A stretch of 64,000 bases of DNA, taken from the NCBI GenBank assembly GCA_050012475.1, contig JBEKHC010000001.1, positions 32,001 to 96,000 on the forward strand. The letters are read 5' to 3'. This document shows positions 20,268 through 29,654 of the stretch, in pieces. The position numbers and the translations under genes are program-made. The DNA is from Candidatus Velthaea sp. (GTDB lineage: Bacteria > Vulcanimicrobiota > Vulcanimicrobiia > Vulcanimicrobiales > Vulcanimicrobiaceae). Under the pieces are notes generated by a model. The model worked only from the letters and a program-made list of their open reading frames with translations, was not told the origin of the DNA and ran no database searches. Position 1 is the first letter of the stretch. Every line of letters begins with the position of its first letter.

Positions 20268-21530
20268 ATGACGACGGCGGCAGGACGCGAGATCTCGGTA
20301 TTCGGGTCGGCGATCGAGTCATTCGACGAAGCCGCAGCCCTGGTCAACCTGGATCCTGGGATGCGCGCGATCTTGACCCACCCCTCGCGGCAGATCATCT
20401 TCGCGATTCCTTTCCAGCGTGACTCGGGCCTCATCGAGGTCTACACCGGGTACCGCGTCCAGTACAATTTCGCCAAAGGGCCCGCCAAAGGCGGTATCCG
20501 CTACCACCCCGGCGTCACGCTCGACGAAGTGACGGCACTGGCATTCTGGATGACCTGGAAGTGTGCCGCGATCGATCTTCCGTTTGGCGGCGCCAAGGGC
20601 GGCGTGACCTGCGACCCGTCGACCCTGTCGCAAAGCGAGCTCGAGCGGATCACCCGCCGCTATGCCGCCGAACTGGTCGAGGTGGTGGGGCCCGACAAGG
20701 ACGTGCCAGCGCCCGACGTCGGCACCACCCCGCAAACGATGGCGTGGTTCATGGACACGTATTCCATGCACATGCGCTGCAGCGTCCCGGGCGTGGTGAC
20801 CGGCAAGCCGCTGGAGATCGGCGGGTCGCGCGGACGCGTCGAAGCCACCGGCCGCGGCGTGTCGTTGTGCGCGCTGGACCAGATGGAGCGCATGCGGATG
20901 GCGCCGGCCAAGAGCCGCGTCATCGTTCAGGGTTTCGGCAACGTCGGCGGGGTTGCGGCGCGCATGTTCGCCGACGCCGGCTGCAAGGTCGTCGGCATCT
21001 CCGACGTTACCGGCGCTTACTACAATCCACGCGGTATCGACGTTGCCGCGGCGGTCGCTTACGCTCAAGAACATACGTCACTCGACGGCTACCAGGGCGG
21101 CGAGCGCGGCTCAAACGCGGCGCTGCTCGAGCAGGACTGCGACGTGCTCGTCCCCGCTGCGCTCGAGAAAGTGCTGACGGCAGAAAACGCGTTGCGGATC
21201 AAAGCCCGGCTGATCGTCGAAGGTGCCAATGGTCCGACCACGCCCGAAGCCGATCGCATTTTCCGCGCCAGCGGCACGATCGTCATTCCCGATATCATCG
21301 CCAACGCGGGCGGCGTGACGGTCTCGTACTTCGAGTGGGTCCAAGACCGCCAAGGCTATTTCTGGACCGAGGCCGAGGTCAACGCGCGCCTCAAAGATCT
21401 ACTGCTCACGAATTTTCACATCATTCGCGAGCTTGCGTTAGCGCGTCACGTTACGCTGCGAACCGCCGCCTACATGATCGCGATCGAACGCGTCGTGAAA
21501 TCGATGAAAATCCGCGGCGTGTACGCATAG
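20268..21530 (+). CDS. gdhA: Glu/Leu/Phe/Val dehydrogenase (glutamate dehydrogenase)
   Basis: GPAKGGIRYHP, GGAKGG, DVPAPD, QGFGNVG, EGANGP, NAGGVTVSYFEWVQ. Confidence 0.93.
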   Translation: MTTAAGREISVFGSAIESFDEAAALVNLDPGMRAILTHPSRQIIFAIPFQRDSGLIEVYTGYRVQYNFAKGPAKGGIRYHPGVTLDEVTALAFWMTWKCAAIDLPFGGAKGGVTCDPSTLSQSELERITRRYAAELVEVVGPDKDVPAPDVGTTPQTMAWFMDTYSMHMRCSVPGVVTGKPLEIGGSRGRVEATGRGVSLCALDQMERMRMAPAKSRVIVQGFGNVGGVAARMFADAGCKVVGISDVTGAYYNPRGIDVAAAVAYAQEHTSLDGYQGGERGSNAALLEQDCDVLVPAALEKVLTAENALRIKARLIVEGANGPTTPEADRIFRASGTIVIPDIIANAGGVTVSYFEWVQDRQGYFWTEAEVNARLKDLLLTNFHIIRELALARHVTLRTAAYMIAIERVVKSMKIRGVYA

Positions 21531-21532
21531 CA

Positions 21533-21583
21533 GGACTCGGCTGCGCCGAGTCCGTGGCGTTTGCGGCTGCGCCGCAAGCCGCG
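21533..21583. repeat. REP-like element: hairpin plus one ~30-bp unit
   Basis: ggactcggc-tgc-gccgagtcc then gtggcgtttgcggctgcgccgcaagccgcg; same family as the 45.7 and 58.1 kb copies. Confidence 0.7.
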
Positions 21584-21591
21584 TCAACGGG

Positions 21592-21969
21592 CTACAGGCG
21601 GCGGTCGAGCGCCTGAACTTCCGTCGGCTTCGTCGGCGGAACGATTTGCTCGGTGGATGCTTCTTGCGTGGGAGCGTGGGCTGCGTCGGCGGCGGCGAAG
21701 CCGCCGTCGAGGATGCGCACGTCGGGGTAGCCGTTGGCGCGCAGCTTTTCGGCGATCTCATCCAGCTGTTCTCCGCTGCCGCGCTCGTCGTAGAGCACGA
21801 CCGGCCGATCCGTCGCAATCGGCAGCGCGAGGTGGGAGGCGGTCAAGAGGTCGTTCGGGCGATACCGGATTGCACCGCGAATTTCTTGCGAGCCGGAGTG
21901 CGCACCAGCGTTGATGATCGTCGCGCCGTTGGGCCCGAGGGCTTCAAGTTCTTCGATCGAGATGTTCAT
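21592..21969 (-). CDS. Rhodanese-like domain protein (no catalytic Cys)
   Basis: IRGA, PVVLYD (Cys replaced by Asp), VRILDGGF. Confidence 0.8.
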   Translation of the reverse strand: MNISIEELEALGPNGATIINAGAHSGSQEIRGAIRYRPNDLLTASHLALPIATDRPVVLYDERGSGEQLDEIAEKLRANGYPDVRILDGGFAAADAAHAPTQEASTEQIVPPTKPTEVQALDRRL

Positions 21970-22100
21970 TCGTTATTTTTACCCGCTGCATTCGTGCCCA
22001 ATCCGCGAGAGGGGCGGTTGTTTGAGCCTCCCGAAAGAGAGCTTTCGCCCGTCGGATCGATCCAGCGGAGCCGCTCCGAGTTCGGAGGAACGAGGCACGA

Positions 22101-22781
22101 TTGCCGTCTACGTCAACACGGTTGCCTGTTTCTCGCGCGTCGGCGGCCGGTCTGATTCTCGCGCTGGGCTCGGGGCCCGTCCTCTCGCTTTTGCCCGGTC
22201 AAGCGCATCAACGCATTACCGACGTTCCGCAAGACATCGTCATTGTCGTTTTCGAGTGGGTCGTCGCGCTCGCGCTCGTCGCGATCGTCGTTTGGTGGGA
22301 ACGGCAGCCGCTGAGTTCGATCGGATTCCGTGCTCCGTCGCTGCGAGATTGCGTCGCATTCGTGGTCATCGGTGTCGGGATGTACGCCGTGCTGGCGGTG
22401 AGCTCGATCCGAGCGCATGCTCCCGACGCCGTACCGCCGGCCGAGATTGCCGCCGTTCCTCTCGCACTGCGTATCGTCATGTTCCTGACCGCCGGATTTT
22501 GTGAAGAAGTGATGCTGCGCGCGTATCCGATCGAACGGCTGACGCCGTTAACTGGGCAACGCTGGATCAACGGTGCGATCGTCGTCGTTTTCTTTACGCT
22601 CGTGCATCTTCCGCGTTATGGAATATCTCCATCGCTTCTGGCCGTCGCCATCATCGCTACGTTTCTGACCGCGCTGTACTTGTGGACGCGGAATTTCTGG
22701 ATGTGCGCAACGCTGCATGCATTCGTCGACTGTCTCGGTCTCGTTGTGGGACCCGCCCTCGCCGCGCGCGGACTTCTCTAA
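22101..22781 (+). CDS. CPBP/Abi family intramembrane glutamic protease
   Basis: EEVMLR, F.LVH, HAFVD motifs with TM helices; start uncertain. Confidence 0.85.
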   Translation: MPSTSTRLPVSRASAAGLILALGSGPVLSLLPGQAHQRITDVPQDIVIVVFEWVVALALVAIVVWWERQPLSSIGFRAPSLRDCVAFVVIGVGMYAVLAVSSIRAHAPDAVPPAEIAAVPLALRIVMFLTAGFCEEVMLRAYPIERLTPLTGQRWINGAIVVVFFTLVHLPRYGISPSLLAVAIIATFLTALYLWTRNFWMCATLHAFVDCLGLVVGPALAARGLL

Positions 22782-22882
22782 GCTGCGCTGAGGAGTGCAG
22801 GCACCCTCGAAGCGGTTACCGGCGCGCACCCGCCCGGCGGTGCGCGTGCAGTTCGCGCGTGCACTCGGTCCGGGACCGGAAC

Positions 22883-23266
22883 CTACAGCGTGACGACCTC
22901 GATGGCTTCGGCCTCCAGTTTCCTGGCGAAGCGACGGTCGGCTGTCATCAGTTTCGCGCGCTCCCGTTTTGCGACGACCGCATACAAACAGTCATAAACC
23001 GAATGATCGAGCAGCTGCGCGAACGTCGCCGCCTCTGCTGCGTAGGCGATGCTTGCGACGAGGCGGATGCGGTCGAAGAAACCCAGCACGTTTTCGAGCG
23101 CGGGCGCGGCGGCTCCCGACCGCACGATCTTCCAACGGGCGTTGAGCAGCTCGGCGACGATGAGGTCCGGGGCCAGGATGTCCGTTGCGCCGGCGAACAA
23201 CGGCGCGGCTCGTTCCGGCGTCGCCAGCATGACGAAAGCGAAGCTGGCGTCGACGACGGCTCTCAC
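22883..23266 (-). CDS. vapC: PIN-domain toxin (VapC)
   Basis: VVDAS, E in AELLN, SVYDCLY, TADRR acidic tetrad; GTGA overlap with antitoxin. Confidence 0.88.
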   Translation of the reverse strand: MRAVVDASFAFVMLATPERAAPLFAGATDILAPDLIVAELLNARWKIVRSGAAAPALENVLGFFDRIRLVASIAYAAEAATFAQLLDHSVYDCLYAVVAKRERAKLMTADRRFARKLEAEAIEVVTL

Positions 23267-23487
23267 CGCTCGTCGCGGGTCGCTCGGATGGCCTTGAGGC
23301 CGGCTTCGACGTCGATTCCCGGGTCGGCGACCCGCTTGAGCCACTCGAAGAGCGAATCGCCCATCGGCTGAATGCCGATGGCCAACGCTTCGAGTGCTTC
23401 CGCCTGAACCGACCTTCCGCGTTCACGGGCGCGAGCGCGCAGCGCTCCGAGAATCGCGGCGGGGATATTGCGGATGAGTAGGTCCAT
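23263..23487 (-). CDS. FitA-like ribbon-helix-helix antitoxin
   Basis: LLIRNIP....AL..RA...GRS.QAE pattern, upstream of PIN toxin. Confidence 0.85.
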   Translation of the reverse strand: MDLLIRNIPAAILGALRARARERGRSVQAEALEALAIGIQPMGDSLFEWLKRVADPGIDVEAGLKAIRATRDER

Positions 23488-23520
23488 CGACTGATATCAT
23501 TTCATGATATCAGTCGATGG
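23484..23520. promoter_or_regulatory. Putative toxin-antitoxin operator (17-bp perfect inverted repeat)
   Basis: ccatcgactgatatcat-ttc-atgatatcagtcgatgg; overlaps the antitoxin ATG and contains two TGATATCA. Confidence 0.8.
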
Positions 23521-23555
23521 TCAACCCCGGAGCGGCAACACTGTCACGCCGGCCT

Positions 23556-25382
23556 TCAGCTCCGCGCGGCCGCCCGCACCAGTGACAGTAACTCGCGCGT
23601 GCAGGTCTCGATACCGGTGTGCGTCGTGTCGATGAGCAGGTCGGGTGACGCCGGCTCTTCGTAGGGGGCCGAGATGCCGGTGAAGTTTTCGATCGCGCCG
23701 TCACGGGCACGCCGGTATTGCCCCTTGGTGTCGCGCGCTTCGCACGTCGCGAGATCGGCGCGCACGTAGATTTCGAGAAAGGCTTGCGGCGCGGCGGCGC
23801 GCGCGAGCGCGCGTCCTTCGCGCAGCGGCGAGACTTGCGCGACGAGCGCGATGCTGCCGGCGTCGGCGAACAGCGCCGCCACTTCGCCGGTGCGCCGCGC
23901 GGCCTCCACCCGATCGGGCGGCAAGAAGCCGAGATCGCCGTTGAGCCCGCCGCGCAGCGTGTCGCCGTCGAGCACGTAGGTCGACCAGCCGTCGGCGAAG
24001 AGCGCAGCTTCGACGTGCGCAGCGATGGTCGATTTGCCGGCGCCGGGCAGGCCGGTAAGCCAGACGACGAGTCCGCGATGGTGATTGCGCCGCACGCGGT
24101 CGGCCGCGCGCACCCCCGGCGCCCGGCTTTCGACTTCGGGCGAAGAGCGCCGGTGCACGTCGCGCTCGGTAACGACCGTCCGCACGATACCGCCGCCACC
24201 AACCGCGTCGCCGCGGTACAGCGCGAAGCGCGCCAGCTTTGCCGGATGCGTGTCGACCACCAGCGGCTGCAAGCCGCGCAGCGTCACGCGGGCAATGTCG
24301 TTGCGCTGGAGCGTCACCGTCGCCGACTCGGCGAACGTTTCGATGTCGATGACGCCGTGGATCGCGTCGAGTACGACGGTCACGTCGCGCGTGCCGCAGC
24401 GCATCCGCACGTTCTCGCCCAACTCCAGCGGTGCGCGATCGAGCCAAAAGATCGTGGCCTCGAGCGATTCCGCGATATGCGGCGGCTCAGCCAGCTCGCT
24501 CGCGACGTCGCCGGGACCGACGAAGATCGGATGGTCTAACGTGAAACCGAACGCTTCGCCGGCTTGCGCGGGTTGACCCGATTCGGGGAAGCGCACGATG
24601 CGGCTCACCCGCGCGCGGTCGCGGGTGGGTGAGAAGCAGAGCGTCATCCCCGCGGCGACGCGGCCGCCGTCGAGATTGCCGACCAGAATCCGTTCTTCTT
24701 CACGGCGGTACACGTCGTGCACCGGGAAGCGCAGCGGCGCGTGCACCGCGGCTCGTTCGTCGAGCGCTTCGAGCGCTTCGAGCAGCGACGGGCCGGAATA
24801 CCAGTCCATGCGCTGCGAACCCTTGGCGACATTGTCGCCGTCGCGCGCGACGGTGGGCACCGCTGCCGCCAACTCCAACCCGGTTTGAGCGAACACGGCG
24901 CGCACGTCGTCCGCGATTTCACGGTAGCGCTGCGGATCGAAACCGATCGCGTCCATCTTATTGATCGCGACGACCGCCCGCGTCACGCCGACGAGCGGGA
25001 GCAGCAAGGCGTGTCGGCGCGTCTGCTCGCCGACGCCTTCGACGGCATCGACGACGACCACCGCGGCCAGCGCGTCGGCGGCGCCGCTGACCATGTGGCG
25101 GACGAACTCACGGTGGCCCGGCGCGTCGATGATCGCATATTGCCGCGTGGCGCTGCTGAACCAGATGCGTGTGGCGTCGATGGTGACGGCTTGATCGCGT
25201 TCGACTTGAAACGCGTCGAGTAAAAATGAGATCTCCAGCGGTACGCCGCGTCGAGCGGCGGCAGCTTCGAGCTCGGCCAATTTCCCGTCGGGGAAATAGC
25301 CGGTGTCGAGCAACAGCCGCGCGACGAGCGTCGACTTGCCGTGATCGACGTGGCCGGTGAAGACGACGGGGAACGTCTTCAC
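23556..25382 (-). CDS. cysNC: Sulfate adenylyltransferase subunit 1 / adenylylsulfate kinase fusion
   Basis: GHVDHGKST, DAPGH, NKMD GTPase motifs plus WLTGLPGAGKST, LDGD.LR APS kinase; GTG overlaps cysD stop. Confidence 0.92.
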   Translation of the reverse strand: MKTFPVVFTGHVDHGKSTLVARLLLDTGYFPDGKLAELEAAAARRGVPLEISFLLDAFQVERDQAVTIDATRIWFSSATRQYAIIDAPGHREFVRHMVSGAADALAAVVVVDAVEGVGEQTRRHALLLPLVGVTRAVVAINKMDAIGFDPQRYREIADDVRAVFAQTGLELAAAVPTVARDGDNVAKGSQRMDWYSGPSLLEALEALDERAAVHAPLRFPVHDVYRREEERILVGNLDGGRVAAGMTLCFSPTRDRARVSRIVRFPESGQPAQAGEAFGFTLDHPIFVGPGDVASELAEPPHIAESLEATIFWLDRAPLELGENVRMRCGTRDVTVVLDAIHGVIDIETFAESATVTLQRNDIARVTLRGLQPLVVDTHPAKLARFALYRGDAVGGGGIVRTVVTERDVHRRSSPEVESRAPGVRAADRVRRNHHRGLVVWLTGLPGAGKSTIAAHVEAALFADGWSTYVLDGDTLRGGLNGDLGFLPPDRVEAARRTGEVAALFADAGSIALVAQVSPLREGRALARAAAPQAFLEIYVRADLATCEARDTKGQYRRARDGAIENFTGISAPYEEPASPDLLIDTTHTGIETCTRELLSLVRAAARS

Positions 25383-26173
25383 ATGTAGCCTCCCTGACGC
25401 AGACGCTCGAAGGCGTCTTCCGACTCGTGATCCATCGTGCGCCCGGCACGCTCGGGGGCACTCGTCGCAGCGAGTTCGGCGATGATGGCGTCGAGCGTCG
25501 CGGCGTCGCTGGGCACCGGCAGCGTGATGTTCTTTTCGCCCAGCGAGCGGTAGCGCATCCCGTCCTTGGCCAGGTACAAGGAGCAGTACGGGATGTTCTC
25601 GCGCTGCGTGTAGCGCCAGATGTCGATCTCGGTCCAGTGCAGCAGCGGGTGGATGCGCAAGTGCGCGCCGTCGGGCACGTCCGTTTGGTAGTAGTCCCAA
25701 AACTCAGGCGGCTGATCGGCAAAATTCCAGCTGCCGTCGGCTGCGCGCGGGCTGAAGATGCGGTCTTTGGCGCGCGTCGCTTGTTCGTCGCGGCGAATTC
25801 CTAAAATAACGCCGCGCCACTTCTCGCGCGCGATGAGCGCTTTGAGGCCTTCGGTCTTGCGCGCCGCGGCGCGGCCTGCCGGCGCCAGCGTTTGATCGAC
25901 TTCCGATTCCGGCGGGCAGAGCGCGTTGCGATAATCCAGGCCCCACGCCGCGATCAGATCGTCGCGAAACGCGTACACTTCGGGGAACTCCATCTCGGTG
26001 TCGAGCAGCGATACCGGAAACGGGATGCGGCCGACAAAGGCTTTGCGCGCCAGCCAGAGCAGCGCCGTGCTGTCCTTGCCGATCGACCACAACATGCCCA
26101 GCGGCCGGATGCGGCGATACGCTTCACGCAAAATAAAGATCGAGCGCGCTTCGAGAACGTCGAGTTGGTCCAT
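25379..26173 (-). CDS. cysD: Sulfate adenylyltransferase subunit 2
   Basis: LEARSIFILREA, WSIGKDS, GIRRDE, HPLLHWTE, RYRSLG, GGYM end. Confidence 0.93.
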   Translation of the reverse strand: MDQLDVLEARSIFILREAYRRIRPLGMLWSIGKDSTALLWLARKAFVGRIPFPVSLLDTEMEFPEVYAFRDDLIAAWGLDYRNALCPPESEVDQTLAPAGRAAARKTEGLKALIAREKWRGVILGIRRDEQATRAKDRIFSPRAADGSWNFADQPPEFWDYYQTDVPDGAHLRIHPLLHWTEIDIWRYTQRENIPYCSLYLAKDGMRYRSLGEKNITLPVPSDAATLDAIIAELAATSAPERAGRTMDHESEDAFERLRQGGYM

Positions 26174-27540
26174 CAATGGGCTCCGGCGGCGGCGGAGCGG
26201 CGCGCGGTCAGTAACCGCAAGCCGCTGGCGAGCATGGCGAGCGTCGCGCAGCCGGCAGCCAGCCACAGCGCGATCGGCGTCGCGCTGCGCACGACGGTTT
26301 CCATATGTTCGGCGCCCGCCGCGACGGCGGCGCCGAGCGTGCCGAACATGATGGCGACAAGCGCGGCGCCGACGGTTTGGCCCGTCAGGCGAACCGCAGC
26401 GAGCACGCCGGCCGCGCTGCCGACTTTCTCGCGCGGCGCGCTGCCGACGAGTTCGCGGTTATTGGGCGCCTGAAAAAATCCGAAACCGATGCCGCAGATC
26501 ATCCCGTGCAGCACGATTTCGATCGCTTGCGGATGGGCCGGCAGCGTGGCGTAGAGCGCTAAACCCAGCGCCATGACCGCGAGCCCCACTGTCGACAGGA
26601 TGCCGGCCGAGTGCCGGTCCGAGAGCCGGCCGGCGATCGGCGCGGCCAGTGCGACCGACAGCGGCCACGAGGTGAGCAGCAGACCCGATTCGAATGGCGT
26701 GCGGCCCAGCACGGCTTGAAACAGAAACGGCAGCGACACGAAGGCCAAACCTTGTGCGGTGTACGTGAGCGTCGAGGTAATGCTGGCCAGCGCAAATGCC
26801 GGCTTGGCAAACAGATCGACGGCCAGCATCGGCGCCGGCAAGCGCAGCTGACGACGGACGAAGAACAGTCCGCTGGCCAATCCGAGGGCGATCTCGAGCG
26901 CGATTGCCGGCCCGGAGTCGTGGCGCGCAAAACCGTCGATGCCGTAAATCAGAGAACCAAACCCGAGCGCACTCACGAAAACACTCGGTACGTCGAGCGG
27001 CTTGCCGGTCCCCCTTTCGTTGGGCAACATACGCAGCGAATACAGCGTGTCGAACAAACCCAGCGGAACGTTGACGGCAAACAGCCACGGCCACGGTGCG
27101 ATCGCCAAAATCGAACCGCCGATCGTCGGGCCTGCGGCTGCGCTCGTCGCGACGATCACCGCGCTGATCCCCAGCGCCTTGCCCAGCTCCTGCGGCGGAA
27201 AGATTTGCCGGTACAGCGCCGGTCCGACGGCCATGAGCGCCGCCGCGCCGAAGCCTTGAAAGATGCGCGAAACGACCAGCACCGGAAGTGAGCGCGAGAT
27301 CGCGCACGCCAGCGATCCCAGCGTGAACAAGACGATGCCCAAGCGATATACGAAACTCGTGCCGCGCGAGTCGCCCAAACTGGCATAGGTGAGAATCGTC
27401 ATCGTGACCGCGAGTTGGAAGCCGTTGACGACCCAAATCGATTGGGCGGCCGTGGTGTGCAGTTCGCGCGCGATCGTGGGCAGCGCGGTGTTGGCGATCG
27501 AGCCGTCGAGCACGGCCATGATGGTTCCGACGGCGACCAC
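26173..27540 (-). CDS. MFS transporter (DHA2/EmrB-QacA type)
   Basis: LDGSIANTALPTIA, WVVNGFQL, GPTIGG; many TM segments; true start probably further upstream (see findings). Confidence 0.9.
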   Translation of the reverse strand: MVAVGTIMAVLDGSIANTALPTIARELHTTAAQSIWVVNGFQLAVTMTILTYASLGDSRGTSFVYRLGIVLFTLGSLACAISRSLPVLVVSRIFQGFGAAALMAVGPALYRQIFPPQELGKALGISAVIVATSAAAGPTIGGSILAIAPWPWLFAVNVPLGLFDTLYSLRMLPNERGTGKPLDVPSVFVSALGFGSLIYGIDGFARHDSGPAIALEIALGLASGLFFVRRQLRLPAPMLAVDLFAKPAFALASITSTLTYTAQGLAFVSLPFLFQAVLGRTPFESGLLLTSWPLSVALAAPIAGRLSDRHSAGILSTVGLAVMALGLALYATLPAHPQAIEIVLHGMICGIGFGFFQAPNNRELVGSAPREKVGSAAGVLAAVRLTGQTVGAALVAIMFGTLGAAVAAGAEHMETVVRSATPIALWLAAGCATLAMLASGLRLLTARRSAAAGAH

Positions 27541-27597
27541 GACGACGGCCAGCCAGCGCTTTGCCGGCGGAAGGCCCGGGTGCGGCTGTTCGATCGG

Positions 27598-27864
27598 TTA
27601 CGCGATCCGGTCTTCGAGCCGCGTCACGCGCGTTTCGAGTGTGTCGAACCGCCCGTCGACGTCGTCGAACCGGCGCAGCATGCGCGTTTCGAGGCGCGCC
27701 ACATCGTTGCGAACGTCGAGAATTTTTTGTTCCAGGCCCCCGAGACGGGCATCGACTCCGGTAAAGCGCCGCTCGATCCGGTCGAAGCCCTCGGTCAGCG
27801 CTTGATGGAGTGATGCAAAACCCGAAAGAATGTCTTCGTCTTTCACCTTATCATCGAACGGCAT
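27598..27864 (-). CDS. Small coiled-coil protein with RFD.(V/L)(D/E) heptads
   Basis: GFDRIER RFTGVDA RLGGLEQ ... RFDDVDG RFDTLET RVTRLED heptad pattern. Confidence 0.7.
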   Translation of the reverse strand: MPFDDKVKDEDILSGFASLHQALTEGFDRIERRFTGVDARLGGLEQKILDVRNDVARLETRMLRRFDDVDGRFDTLETRVTRLEDRIA

Positions 27865-27921
27865 CGCTATTTCTCGCCCGTTTCTGCGAGGCTTCCCCAA
27901 TGCTTCGTCATCGATGCTGCA

Positions 27922-28806
27922 TCACGCGAAGGCTTGCTCCGCGTGGTACGAACTGCGCGACAGCGGGCTCGCGACCACCTGGCGGAAACCTTTGCTCTCG
28001 CCCAGCACGCGCAGTCGATCGAACTTCTCGGGCGTCACGAATTCGCGCACCGGCAAATGGCGCTTGGTGGGCTGCAGATATTGGCCCATCGTGAAGATGT
28101 CGACGCCGACCGCGCGCGCGTCGTCCATCGTTTGCGCGACTTCGGGTTCGGTTTCGCCCAAACCGAGCATCAGCGACGTTTTGGTGAAACGCGTTTTGCC
28201 GCTCTCTTTGGCTCGGGCCAAGACCGCGAGCGATTGACGGTAGCATGCCCGCCGGTCGCGCACGCTGGCCTGGAGACGTTCGACGGTCTCGAGGTTGTGC
28301 GCCAACACTTCGGGCTGCGCGGCGAGCACGATGTCGAGCGCGTCCAAATCGCCGGCGAAATCGCCGGTCAGACATTCGACTTTGGCGTCCGGCGATTGTT
28401 GGTGAATCATGCGCACGGTATTGGCGAAGATCGCGGCGCCGCCGTCGGCGAGGTCGTCGCGGTCGACGGCGGTGAGAACCAAGTAGCGCCAGCCCAGCTC
28501 GGCGACCGCCGCGGCGACGCGCTTGGGTTCGAGCCAGTCGACCTCGCCGTGCGGCGAGCCGGTTTTTACGTTGCAGAAGTGACAGCCGCGGGTGCACGTG
28601 TCGCCCAGGATCATGATCGTGGCGGTGCCGGCGCCCCAGCACTCACCCAGGTTCGGGCACATGGCCTCCTGGCAAACCGTGTGCAGGTCGAGCCGCTTGA
28701 CCTCCGCGCGGACGTATTCGTAGGCCGTGCCGCGCGGCAGCGTGACCTTCAGCCAGGGCGGCTTGCGAAGGACGGGCTGCGGGTTGATGAGGTCGATCGC
28801 GTCCAT
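27922..28806 (-). CDS. lipA: Lipoyl synthase
   Basis: RKPPWLK, CQEAMCPNLGEC, CTRGCHFC, HNLETV, GQYLQP, RSSY. Confidence 0.96.
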   Translation of the reverse strand: MDAIDLINPQPVLRKPPWLKVTLPRGTAYEYVRAEVKRLDLHTVCQEAMCPNLGECWGAGTATIMILGDTCTRGCHFCNVKTGSPHGEVDWLEPKRVAAAVAELGWRYLVLTAVDRDDLADGGAAIFANTVRMIHQQSPDAKVECLTGDFAGDLDALDIVLAAQPEVLAHNLETVERLQASVRDRRACYRQSLAVLARAKESGKTRFTKTSLMLGLGETEPEVAQTMDDARAVGVDIFTMGQYLQPTKRHLPVREFVTPEKFDRLRVLGESKGFRQVVASPLSRSSYHAEQAFA

Positions 28807-28947
28807 TGTCTTCCTAAAAGCAGCGTACTTGCGGATCCACGGCTTTGGGCGTCACCGCTCGGCGGTCGCCCGCCCGATCGATCCGGTACAGCCGGCCTGA
28901 GCCAATGTCGTTCGGCCAGGACCGCGCGGCGCACTTCCGGGCGGCCG

Positions 28948-29652
28948 CTATGCGGACTTTTCCCAGGACCGCGCTGCGGCCCAATCCGTTGCGCTGTCCG
29001 CCCGCTCGAACCGCACGTCGAACGCGCGCTCGAGTGCGGCCAGCAGCGCATCCCGGCCCGCTGCCCACGCCACGGGTCGTCCGGTTTCGCGGGCGATCGA
29101 GGTGATACCGAATTCGGGCGTCCCGCAGGGGGTGATCAGGCGGTCGTAGTCCAACAGCGGATCGACGTTGAGCGCGATGCCGTGCAGCGTGGTCATCCGC
29201 TGGACCGCCAAGCCGACGGCGCAGATCGCGTTTTCCCCGACGTACACGCCCCGATGTTCGGGGCGGCCGCCGGCGAGGATGCCGAAGCCGGCCAGGGCGT
29301 CGGCGACGGCGCCCTCGAGCTTGCCGACCAGCGGCACGATCTCGCGAAACCGTTCGAGCTTGACGATCGGATAGACGACGACCTGACCCGGCCCGTGATA
29401 GGTGACGTCGCCGCCGCGCTCAACTTGGCAGACGTCGATGCCGCGGGCGGCGAGCAGTTCGCGCGGCAGCAGCACGTTGGCGGCGTTCGCTTTGCGGCCC
29501 AGCGTGATGACCGGATCGTGTTCGACGACGATCCAGGTATCGCGCTCGCGGCCGGCGGCGACCGCCGCGTGGAGGGCTTTCTGCAGCTCGTGCACGCCGG
29601 GGTAGCGCGCGCGCCCCAGATCGAGCAGCCGAACCGGCCGCGGGTCGCTCAC
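28948..29652 (-). CDS. lipB: Octanoyltransferase
   Basis: EHDPVITLG, RGGDVTYHGPGQ, HGIALNV, TPCG; GTG start 2 nt after lpdA stop. Confidence 0.92.
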   Translation of the reverse strand: MSDPRPVRLLDLGRARYPGVHELQKALHAAVAAGRERDTWIVVEHDPVITLGRKANAANVLLPRELLAARGIDVCQVERGGDVTYHGPGQVVVYPIVKLERFREIVPLVGKLEGAVADALAGFGILAGGRPEHRGVYVGENAICAVGLAVQRMTTLHGIALNVDPLLDYDRLITPCGTPEFGITSIARETGRPVAWAAGRDALLAALERAFDVRFERADSATDWAAARSWEKSA

Positions 29653-29654
29653 CG

